From positions 20,455 through 84,454 of the forward strand of contig CAAENU010000214.1 of assembly GCA_900757415.1 (NCBI GenBank): a stretch of DNA of 64,000 nt, written 5' to 3'. The notes under the pieces were generated by a model, which was not told the DNA's origin, made no database searches, and was given only the letters and a program-made list of their open reading frames with translations. The translations under genes were made by a program, and so were the position numbers. Positions within the stretch are counted from its first letter, which is position 1. Each line of letters opens with the position of its first letter. Source of the DNA: an uncultured Oscillospiraceae bacterium (GTDB lineage: Bacteria > Bacillota > Clostridia > Oscillospirales > Oscillospiraceae). Positions 17,909 through 25,825 of this stretch are shown one piece after another.

Positions 17909-19176
17909 CACTTGAAGAAGCCCTGCACTATATTCATGCCGTCTGCTGGAAAGGCAGCATTCCGGGTCTGGAGCGTATCAACGCGCTGCTGGATGAGATG
18001 GGACACCCGGAACAAACGCTGAAATTTGTCCACGTTACCGGCACCAACGGCAAAGGATCCACCTGTGCCATGATCGCCTCTGTGCTGCGAAAGGCCGGCT
18101 ACCGCACCGGCCTGTATACCTCGCCCTATATCACCCGCTTCAACGAGCGGATGCAGATCAACGGTGAGATGATCCCCGATGAGGAGCTGTGCGCCATCAC
18201 TGCGGAGATCAAGCCGCTGGCTGACCGGATTTTTGAACAGCCAACCGAGTTTGAGATGGTCACCGCCATCGCCTTTGCCTGGTTTGCCCGCCGCCAATGC
18301 GATATTGTGGTGTGCGAGGTGGGCATGGGCGGTGAATTTGATGCCACCAATGTCATCGGCGCTCCGGAGGCGGCCGTGCTGTGCAACATCGGTCTTGACC
18401 ATACCGAGGTGCTGGGCGACACGCTGGAGAAGATCGCCGCTACCAAGAGCGGCATCATCAAGTCCGGCTGCGACGCGGTGCTGTACCGTTCTACGCCGGG
18501 TGTGGAGGCTGTGGTGGAGCAGCGCTGCAGCGAGGTAGGCGCAGCGCTTCATAAGGTGGATTTTGCGGGACTGCATCTTCGTTCCCGTTCGCTGGAGGGG
18601 CAGATTTTTGATTTTGGCGGCCTGACCGGACTGCATTTGCCGCTGCTGGGCGAGCACCAGATGCATAACGCCGCTGTGGCGCTGACCACGCTGGCCGTGC
18701 TGCAAAAGCGGGGCTGGCAGATCAGCGAGGACGATATCCGGCAGGGACTGGCTCATGTCGCGTGGCCGGGGCGGTTCCAGATCATTGGCCGGGAGCCGCT
18801 GTTCCTCATTGACGGCGGTCACAATCCCCAGTGTATTCAGGCGCTGGCCCAAAATATCACCGACTATCTGCCCGACCGACCGCTTACCATTTTGACCGGC
18901 GTGCTGGGGGATAAGGATTACCACTGTATGTACCGCAGCGTGGCGGATCACGCGGCGGAGTTCATCACCGTCACACCGGATAATCCCCGGGCGTTGACGG
19001 CGCAGGAGCTGGCAGGATATCTTTCCAGCTTCGGAAAGCCTGTTACCGCCTGCGATACGGTGGCGGAGGGCGTGCGGCTGGCCATTGACCACGCGGGTAA
19101 AAGCGGCACGGTGCTGTGCTACGGCTCCCTTTACCTGCTGGGCGATGTGATCCGCGCTGTTGAAGAAACCAAATGA
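17905..19176 (+). CDS. folC: Folylpolyglutamate synthase/dihydrofolate synthase
   Basis: HVTGTNGKGST, YTSP, EVGMGG..DATN, WPGRFQ, DGGHNP, GSLYL. Confidence 0.95.
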   Translation: MTLEEALHYIHAVCWKGSIPGLERINALLDEMGHPEQTLKFVHVTGTNGKGSTCAMIASVLRKAGYRTGLYTSPYITRFNERMQINGEMIPDEELCAITAEIKPLADRIFEQPTEFEMVTAIAFAWFARRQCDIVVCEVGMGGEFDATNVIGAPEAAVLCNIGLDHTEVLGDTLEKIAATKSGIIKSGCDAVLYRSTPGVEAVVEQRCSEVGAALHKVDFAGLHLRSRSLEGQIFDFGGLTGLHLPLLGEHQMHNAAVALTTLAVLQKRGWQISEDDIRQGLAHVAWPGRFQIIGREPLFLIDGGHNPQCIQALAQNITDYLPDRPLTILTGVLGDKDYHCMYRSVADHAAEFITVTPDNPRALTAQELAGYLSSFGKPVTACDTVAEGVRLAIDHAGKSGTVLCYGSLYLLGDVIRAVEETK

Positions 19177-19178
19177 TC

Positions 19179-19214
19179 CCAAAGCGGCAGGCGCTTCCCT
19201 GCCGCTTTGGTTTT
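19179..19214 (+). terminator. Terminator after folC
   Basis: CCAAAGCGGCAGG-cgcttc-CCTGCCGCTTTGG-TTTT. Confidence 0.65.
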
Positions 19215-19228
19215 ACAAGGAGATGCCC

Positions 19229-20083
19229 ATGTTTGCTGATCTGCATATTCATATGCTGCTTTCCGGATCTGACTGGCGCGCTGCCATTGCCGCCCACCGG
19301 CCGCACCCGGACGATGCGCTGATCCGCCGCCGGCTGGCCGCCTATCAGGCGGCCGGTATCACCTATCTCCGGGATGGCGGCGACCGGTTCGGCGTATGCC
19401 TGCGGGCCAGAGAGCTGGCCCTGGAGTACGGCATCATCTACCGTACCCCGGCATTCCCCATCTACAAGAAGGGTCACTACGGCAGCTTCATCGGCCGGGG
19501 ATGGTCGGACTTGACAGAGTACCACGCCTTGCTGGCGGAGGCTAAAGCGGCGGGCGCGGATTTTATTAAGCTGATGGTGTCAGGATTGATGGATTTTTCC
19601 GCCTGCGGCGTCCTGACAGAGGAGCCGCTGACCGGCGGAGAAATGCACGATCTGATCGCCGCCGCGCACGACATGGGATACGCCGTCATGGTGCACTGCA
19701 ACGGTGCGGCGGCGGTGAAAAACGCCGTGGCGGCAGGTGTGGACAGCATTGAGCACGGCGCATATCTGGATGACGAAGCCTGCCGCATACTGGCAGAGAG
19801 CCACACGGTGTGGGTGCCGACCCTGTCCACCATCGGCAATCTCATTGGCAGCGGCCGGTATGACGACGCGGTGCTGCGGCGGATCCTGCACACGGCGCAG
19901 AAAAATGTCCGGAAAGTGGCTTCTCTGGGCGGTTTTGTGGGACTGGGGTGCGATGCCGGAGCGTTTCGCGTGGACCATGTGGAAGGAACATTTTCTGAAG
20001 GGAAATGGCTGCGGGAAACGTTGGGCGCGAGCGCGGACGCCGTTCTGACTGCGGCAGAAAACCGGGTAAGAGCATTATTTTAA
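19229..20083 (+). CDS. Amidohydrolase-family protein
   Basis: DLHIH, RDGGD, IKLMVSG, MVHCNG, SIEHG, GCDAG. Confidence 0.8.
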   Translation: MFADLHIHMLLSGSDWRAAIAAHRPHPDDALIRRRLAAYQAAGITYLRDGGDRFGVCLRARELALEYGIIYRTPAFPIYKKGHYGSFIGRGWSDLTEYHALLAEAKAAGADFIKLMVSGLMDFSACGVLTEEPLTGGEMHDLIAAAHDMGYAVMVHCNGAAAVKNAVAAGVDSIEHGAYLDDEACRILAESHTVWVPTLSTIGNLIGSGRYDDAVLRRILHTAQKNVRKVASLGGFVGLGCDAGAFRVDHVEGTFSEGKWLRETLGASADAVLTAAENRVRALF

Positions 20084-20094
20084 GGGGCGAAAGC

Positions 20095-20182
20095 GGTGCA
20101 TATACCGCCCATTTGGGGTACCATTACCGCCCATTTTCGGTACATATACCGCCTGGCTGCGGTTCACATAGGCCCACAGCGG
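20095..20182. repeat. Degenerate 22-bp tandem repeat (3-4 units) with palindromic GGTA-N4-TACC-like cores
   Basis: GGTGCATATACCGCCCATTTGG / GGTACCATTACCGCCCATTTTC / GGTACATATACCGCCTGGCTGC / GGTTCACATAGGCCCACAGCGG. Confidence 0.65.
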
Positions 20183-20193
20183 CAGCCGTCAGC

Positions 20194-20233
20194 AAAAAGC
20201 CGGCCCCGGACTTTTCGTCCGGGGCCGGCTTTT
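20194..20233. terminator. Bidirectional terminator
   Basis: AAAAAGCCGGCCCCGGAC-tttt-cGTCCGGGGCCGGCTTTT between convergent genes. Confidence 0.8.
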
Positions 20234-20250
20234 GCTTTTATAAGGCTTTC

Positions 20251-22380
20251 TTACATGAGGGGTTCCATCTCCAGAACGGGGTGGCCCACCTCGGTCAGGA
20301 AGGTATACAGCTCTTCCATGTCGGTGGTGACGGTCTCATCGGCGATCATGGAGGTGAAGTTATCGATGCCGTACAGCTCCTTGGCGGTAGCGTTGATGCG
20401 ATCTGCCATCTGCTCCTTCAGCTCCTTGGGCAGCCACACGATGCGGCCCATGCCGCCCTCGGCGGCCAGGAACTTCTTGGAGGCGATGAACTGCTTGCCG
20501 TGGCCCATGAAGCCGGGGGTCTGGACGCCGCCGCCGGTCATGGAGGCCATCTCGGAGAAGCTCATGCCCAGAGGGGTCATGCCCACATGCTCGCGGTTGG
20601 TGATGACCACGCCGTTGGACATAGGCTCGATGCCGCAGATGCACTCGAAGCAGCCGCAGGAGGTCATGGGATCCTCCAGAATGGAATACAGCGTCACACG
20701 CTCCAGCGCACCGTGAGAATACTTGCAGACAGCCTCGTTGACATCATCGTAGGCGCCCAGACGCTCATCGGTGCAGCGGGTCTTGGGAACGATCTGGCAC
20801 GGGCCGTTGGGATCCAGCTCATTGGTGGCCTTGGCATCCAGCCAGGACACGGCGCCGCACAGACCCAGACGCTCGGGGGTGACGATGCAGACATGGCTGG
20901 GGGAGAAGGCTTGACACAGGATGCAGGTATAGAACTTATCCACAGATTCATCGGTCATGGACTTCAAGCGGGCGTCACGGGCCACAAACGCCTCGTTGGC
21001 CTTGGCCCGGATCTCCTTACAGCCCTCGGGCCGGGTGCAGATACGAACCTGACACTTATCCACCACGCTCTCGTACTCGCCCTTGACCTTGGCGTACAGC
21101 ACCTCGCCCAGATGGCGGGCGCGGAAACCGGCGTCAAATGCGGACTTGGACACACGGACGCGGATCATGTCGCGCTGGCCGGTGTGCATCACGCCCTCGA
21201 TGCAGTTGAGGAAGTTATGGAACTTACGCTCCACGACCGGCTCGAAATCGGTCTGCCAGGACTTGCCGCCCACCTCCAGCGTGATGGTCAGGCAGATCTT
21301 GGAACCGGGCTCAAACTCATCAAAGTCAGGACCATCGAGAATGATGGCGTGATCCTCAATATTCTGAAGCTCCTCGGTGCGGCAGAACTCGCAGCAGTCC
21401 ACGCGAGAACCGTCAATCTCAATCTGCGTGTCATTCTTGCGGATGATCTCGCCCTCGAAGGCGTTGGAGAAGGCCACAGGGATGTCGATATTGGTGACCT
21501 TGATCTTGATGTCGCGGGCCTCCAGAGAGGTCTCGATCCAGTCTCTGGTATTCTCGTTGATAATGAGGGACTTGGGCACGGACCACATATCATGGGTATC
21601 GTTGGTGATGACGGGGAAGCCCAGCTGAATGGCGCCGGCGCCGCAGGCCACGGTGATATCGGGCACGGGGGCATAGGCGTTGACAAAGGCGAAGATGCGG
21701 TGGAAGGAGTAGTCGATATGGCCGTCATAATCGCCGGGCTGGACAGCGCCGAAGATGAAGGCGGCGCGGACCACCAGAGAGATGATGTGCCCCACAGACC
21801 AGATATCCTCGCCCACGGGAACAACGCGGACATCAAAGTTCATGGTCATGCCGCACTCCAGCAGCTGGTCAATGATGCCGCCGATCAGGAACACGAAGAT
21901 ACCGCGGGACTGATAGCCCTTGACGGTCTCCAGCGCCTCCTCCTTGGTGGGGGCGGGGCCGATCATGACCACAAAGCCGGGGATATCCCGGGTGACCAGC
22001 GGAACGCCCAGCGTGCGCACCTCGGCATCCGTGAAGTGGCCGTGGTATTTGGTGCCGGCATAGGGATCGGGGTTGCGGGCATACTTGCACGCCTCGATCA
22101 TCTCGGCGGCGATGGCCGTGCCAACACCGGAGGTGAAGATATCCTTGGTCTTCTGCTCACGGGTCATCATGGCCTTTACATCGTTCAGGGTATCGCGCAG
22201 CTCACTCAGTGTGGTGACCTTTTTGCCCAGATAGGCATAAATGCAGGACAGGTAGTAGGCCGTGTCCGGCATCTTCATGGGTGCGGACTCGCCCAGTTCG
22301 GCAACGACGGCGTTGATCTCTGCCTCCGCCTTGGCAAACATCTCGTCGGAGCCTCTGAATACTCTGTCAAATAATCCCAT
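20251..22380 (-). CDS. acsB: Acetyl-CoA synthase (copy 2)
   Basis: MPDTAY, GVMHTGQRD, CILCQAFSP..LGLCGAVSW, PMTSCGCFEC. Confidence 0.96.
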   Translation of the reverse strand: MGLFDRVFRGSDEMFAKAEAEINAVVAELGESAPMKMPDTAYYLSCIYAYLGKKVTTLSELRDTLNDVKAMMTREQKTKDIFTSGVGTAIAAEMIEACKYARNPDPYAGTKYHGHFTDAEVRTLGVPLVTRDIPGFVVMIGPAPTKEEALETVKGYQSRGIFVFLIGGIIDQLLECGMTMNFDVRVVPVGEDIWSVGHIISLVVRAAFIFGAVQPGDYDGHIDYSFHRIFAFVNAYAPVPDITVACGAGAIQLGFPVITNDTHDMWSVPKSLIINENTRDWIETSLEARDIKIKVTNIDIPVAFSNAFEGEIIRKNDTQIEIDGSRVDCCEFCRTEELQNIEDHAIILDGPDFDEFEPGSKICLTITLEVGGKSWQTDFEPVVERKFHNFLNCIEGVMHTGQRDMIRVRVSKSAFDAGFRARHLGEVLYAKVKGEYESVVDKCQVRICTRPEGCKEIRAKANEAFVARDARLKSMTDESVDKFYTCILCQAFSPSHVCIVTPERLGLCGAVSWLDAKATNELDPNGPCQIVPKTRCTDERLGAYDDVNEAVCKYSHGALERVTLYSILEDPMTSCGCFECICGIEPMSNGVVITNREHVGMTPLGMSFSEMASMTGGGVQTPGFMGHGKQFIASKKFLAAEGGMGRIVWLPKELKEQMADRINATAKELYGIDNFTSMIADETVTTDMEELYTFLTEVGHPVLEMEPLM

Positions 22381-22404
22381 TGATCTATTTCATCCTTTCA
22401 ATAT

Positions 22405-23169
22405 TCATGTTTCATCGATGCGCGCCTTGATGGCCCGGATTTCCTCCACGGCCCGGGGGCTTACATCGTAAGGAGAAAGACCACGCCGGTCAGCGTCGAT
22501 GACCTCGGCATCGTAGCTGATAAAGCCCAGCAGGTTCTCCTCGGGGATGCGGGAGCGGACAAATTCACGATCCGCGTCGTCCCGAATCTTGTTGGCAACC
22601 ACATCCACACGGGTCACGCCCAGATCCGCCGCCAGCTGCCTGACCTTTTCATAGGTCTGCACACTGCGGGCACCCGGCTCGATGACCACGATGAAGCGAT
22701 CCATGCACCCGGCGGTACCCCGGCCCAGATGCTCAAGGCCCGCCTCCATATCCATGATGACCACGTCATCTTTACGGAACACCAGTGCAGAGAGGATCGA
22801 CTTGAGCATCACATGCTCGGGACAGACGCAGCCGCCGCCGCCAGTCTCTACCGTGCCCATCACCAGCAGCTTGACGCCGTTGATATCGCGGGCAAATTTA
22901 TCCGGAATATCACTGACCTGTGGGTTCAGTTTGAAGAATTTATTGGTATAGGTGGCGCCGGTGCGCTCTTCTACCAACTGACGCATTTTGGAAATAGGGG
23001 TGATGGAGTTGACCTCCTCCTCCGTCAGGCCCAGCGCCAATCCCAGATTGGCGTCAGGATCCACATCGGCGGCCAGCACGGTACGCCCTTCGTCGGCGTA
23101 CAGGCGGGCCAGCGTGGAGGAGAGCGTCGTTTTGCCTACGCCGCCCTTTCCGGTAATGGCTACTTTCAT
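22405..23169 (-). CDS. cooC: CODH nickel-insertion ATPase
   Basis: GKGGVGKTT, DVDPDANL, GGGCVCPE, DMEAGLEHLGRGT. Confidence 0.92.
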   Translation of the reverse strand: MKVAITGKGGVGKTTLSSTLARLYADEGRTVLAADVDPDANLGLALGLTEEEVNSITPISKMRQLVEERTGATYTNKFFKLNPQVSDIPDKFARDINGVKLLVMGTVETGGGGCVCPEHVMLKSILSALVFRKDDVVIMDMEAGLEHLGRGTAGCMDRFIVVIEPGARSVQTYEKVRQLAADLGVTRVDVVANKIRDDADREFVRSRIPEENLLGFISYDAEVIDADRRGLSPYDVSPRAVEEIRAIKARIDET

Positions 23170-23198
23170 TACTTTGGCCTTTCCTGTTTGAGATACGA

Positions 23199-25100
23199 TC
23201 AGATGCCCAGCGCGGCGCGCTTGGCTTCGATACCGGCGATCATCTTGTCGCCCAGACTCTCAATATCGGTGTCAACGATGAAGCGGGCCTCGACCCAATC
23301 CTTGACGCCGTGCTCGCCCTGCAGCAGTTCCACCACTTCGCTGGAACCCTTGGTATAGGGATCCACGCCCAGATAGGTGTCGATGCCGGTGGCGACAACA
23401 TAGTTGCCGATAGAAACGGCCTTTTCGCTCATCCACTCGGGAGCGCAGCCGCACAGGGGGATCTGGGAAATGTTGATGCCCCAATCCTTGGCGATGTCGG
23501 AGGCAAGCAGCATCATACGGGAGATATCCACGCAGGAACCCATGTGCAGAACAGGGGGAATGCCCACCAGCTCGCACACGCGCTTGAGTCCTTCGCCGCA
23601 GTATTCCTTGGCTTCAGGGTCCATCAGGCCGGCCTTGGCGGCAGCCTGAGCGGAACAGCCGGAGAGAATCACGATGATGTCGTTCTTCAGCAGCTTCTTC
23701 ATCAGCTCGATATGAGCGGTATCGGGACGGACCTTGGGGTTATTGCAGCCCACCATGGCCACGGCGCCGCGCAGCACGCCGGCCTTGACACAGTCGATCA
23801 GGGGCTTGGTGGTGCCGTATGTATCCACATGGGAGTTGCACACGCCGTCCAGCTCCTTCTTGATGGCCTCCAGAGAGTAGCCCACGCGGGCCTTTGTCTT
23901 GAGGTCGGGGATGTTGACCAGCTCGGGGCGGCGGTTCTTGAAGTTTTCAATGGCGGTTTTGACAATGGCCTTGGCATTCTCACCGGCGCTCTCGGCATGG
24001 AACTCGATAAAATCGGAGTCGGGGATGCGGGCGATGGGAGAGGTGGTGATAAACTTGGTATGGAAGCACTTGCTCAGGGGACCCAGCGCGGGGAAGATGC
24101 ACTGCACGTCCACCACGATGGCCTCGCAGGCGCCGGTGAGCACCACGTTCTCCTGACTCAGGAAGTTGCCGGCCATGGGGATACCGTGACGCATGGTGAC
24201 CTCGTTGCTGGTGCAGCACACACCGGCCACGGTAATGCCCTTGGCGCCGTTTTCCTTGGCATAGGCGATCATCTCGGGGTCGTTGGCGTAGAACACGATC
24301 ATCTCGGACAGGGAGGGATCGTGGCCATGAACGATAATATTGACGTTATCCTTCTCCATCACGCCGATGTTGGCGGTGGTATTGATGGGCTTGGGGGTAC
24401 CGAACATGACGTCGGAGAACTCGGTGCCCATCATGGAGCCGCCCCAACCGTCGGACAGGCCGGCGCGCAGGGACTGGCGGATCAGCGCCTCAGGCAGAGA
24501 GGAACATCCCATATGGGTCATGTGCAGAGACTGGGAAACCTCGCGGTCGATGGCGCGGGGCTCGATGCCGGCCTCATTCCACAGCTTCTGGGTATGCTCG
24601 GGCGCGCGCTTGAGGAAACGCTGCACGCCGAAGGGTTTGCCGTATTCCAGCAGGCCGATCTCGGCGACCTCATGGGCCAGGTCATAGATGTCCTTGCCCT
24701 CGGTTTCGATTCCCCATTCTTTGGCGATGCGGATCAGCTTATCAGGATCCTTGACCTGATAGTTGCCGCCCTCGCGGGTCTGGTACAGGGTGTGCATGAT
24801 CTCACGACCATGGTCGGAGTGGGTGGCGGAGCCACCGGCAGTAAAGCGCAGGTAGTTTCTGCCGACGATGCCGTGAACATCGCAACCGCAGATGCCGCGG
24901 GGGGCCTTGGGGGTGATGCGGCAGGGGCCCATGGAGCAAATACGGCAGCAGGTGCCGGCTTCACCGAAGCCGCAGTGAGGGGTCTGGTTCTTTGCGCGCT
25001 GTTGCCAGGAATCCGCGCCGACCTTGACGCCGTTTTCCAGCAGCGCGGCCGTGGCGGCTTCCATCTGTTCCACCGTGATTAAACGATCCCAATCTTTCAA
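23199..25100 (-). CDS. cooS: Anaerobic carbon-monoxide dehydrogenase catalytic subunit (AcsA/CooS)
   Basis: CGFG...CCRICSMGPC..GICG, HGHDP, CCTSNE, DVQC, GCNN, GSCVD, MSEKA; TTG start with AGGAGG RBS. Confidence 0.97.
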   Translation of the reverse strand: MKDWDRLITVEQMEAATAALLENGVKVGADSWQQRAKNQTPHCGFGEAGTCCRICSMGPCRITPKAPRGICGCDVHGIVGRNYLRFTAGGSATHSDHGREIMHTLYQTREGGNYQVKDPDKLIRIAKEWGIETEGKDIYDLAHEVAEIGLLEYGKPFGVQRFLKRAPEHTQKLWNEAGIEPRAIDREVSQSLHMTHMGCSSLPEALIRQSLRAGLSDGWGGSMMGTEFSDVMFGTPKPINTTANIGVMEKDNVNIIVHGHDPSLSEMIVFYANDPEMIAYAKENGAKGITVAGVCCTSNEVTMRHGIPMAGNFLSQENVVLTGACEAIVVDVQCIFPALGPLSKCFHTKFITTSPIARIPDSDFIEFHAESAGENAKAIVKTAIENFKNRRPELVNIPDLKTKARVGYSLEAIKKELDGVCNSHVDTYGTTKPLIDCVKAGVLRGAVAMVGCNNPKVRPDTAHIELMKKLLKNDIIVILSGCSAQAAAKAGLMDPEAKEYCGEGLKRVCELVGIPPVLHMGSCVDISRMMLLASDIAKDWGINISQIPLCGCAPEWMSEKAVSIGNYVVATGIDTYLGVDPYTKGSSEVVELLQGEHGVKDWVEARFIVDTDIESLGDKMIAGIEAKRAALGI

Positions 25101-25377
25101 TTTGTAATCCTCCTAACGGTTTTTTCGCTGCGTCACCGCTGTGCGGCGAAGCAGCCTGCTTTGTTGGTTTGGGGCATTGCTTTTCCGATGACGGTTCCTC
25201 CCACCCTCATCATTGACATTACTTTAACAAAGTATCGATCTGTTGTCAACAACGGATGTGGAAATTACACCATATTCTTGGGAAAAATATTTTGTATTTT
25301 TTGTAATTTGTGATAAAAAGCAACTGTTGTCCGCACTGTGCCGCCACTTGTTGCACGACGGCGGTTTCCTGGGCGGA

Positions 25378-25426
25378 AACAATAAGATAGGGGGCAGCAT
25401 GTGCCGCCCCCTATCTTATTGTTTTC
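25378..25426. terminator. Long hairpin/terminator
   Basis: AACAATAAGATAGGGGGC...GCCCCCTATCTTATTGTT. Confidence 0.6.
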
Positions 25427-25439
25427 GCTGCCTTGCGTG

Positions 25440-25658
25440 TCAGCGGATCAGCCGGCAGCCGGCAGAATACGCCTCGTTAAGCTCAAACAGCTCCATTTCG
25501 CCGTCAATATAGGGTTGATAGATGCTTTCCGTCCGACCGCCGCCGGAATTGCCGCAGCCGCTGCAGCCTTCGCAGCTGCCGCCGCAGGCATTCAGCGCCT
25601 GACGGACGATTTCCTCCCGCTCTTCGCGGGTGGTATCACAAATCAACAGGGAACGCAC
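25440..25658 (-). CDS. Small Cys-rich hypothetical protein (72 aa)
   Basis: GTG at 25658 with GGAGG RBS; DTTREER...CGGSCEGCSGC...YQPYIDG. Confidence 0.7.
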   Translation of the reverse strand: MRSLLICDTTREEREEIVRQALNACGGSCEGCSGCGNSGGGRTESIYQPYIDGEMELFELNEAYSAGCRLIR

Positions 25659-25672
25659 GTTTACGCCTCCTC

Positions 25673-25795
25673 TCAACCAGCTATTTTCAGCATGTTTTCC
25701 ATCAGGATCCCATAGCCGCGGGTGGGATCGTCGATCAGGACATGGGTCACGGCGCCCACAAATTTTCCATTTTGGAGAATGGGACTGCCGCTCAC
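25673..25795 (-). pseudogene. spoIVB: 3' fragment of SpoIVB peptidase (S55) gene, interrupted at the Met codon preceding the catalytic Ser
   Basis: Own translation: (V)[39 protein letters not shown], the signature C-terminus of SpoIVB (QGMSGSPIIQNGKLVGAVTHV..DPT.GYG). Confidence 0.88.
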
Positions 25796-25825
25796 GGTTG
25801 ATGTCAATATGGGACAACAAAAAAA
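25780..25825 (-). mobile_element. Candidate att site (element end) at the recombinase/spoIVB' junction
   Basis: Homology to spoIVB stops abruptly at ...TTGACATCAACCG|TGAGCGGC, 30 bp after the recombinase stop codon. Confidence 0.6.

Noticed and set aside
19229..20083. Amidohydrolase as a THF-riboswitch-controlled folate salvage enzyme
   Set aside because: A terminator-like hairpin with U-tract separates it from folC, and nothing in the sequence indicates substrate.
20095..20182. Possible mini CRISPR array
   Set aside because: Units are contiguous with no spacers, and there are no cas genes.
757..25082. Long plus-strand ORFs antisense to the acs genes (e.g. 8894-11017, 11181-13406, 20005-22374, 23310-25082)
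   Set aside because: Shadow frames caused by high-GC codon bias of the real minus-strand genes; no motifs or RBS.
25100..25240. Nickel/cobalt riboswitch in the cooS leader
   Set aside because: Only a modest hairpin; no recognisable conserved four-way-junction motif.
25440..25820. 126-aa ORF call spanning the recombinase-proximal gap
   Set aside because: Over-extended: the real gene starts at GTG 25658 with an RBS, and the upstream part encodes the spoIVB fragment in another frame.
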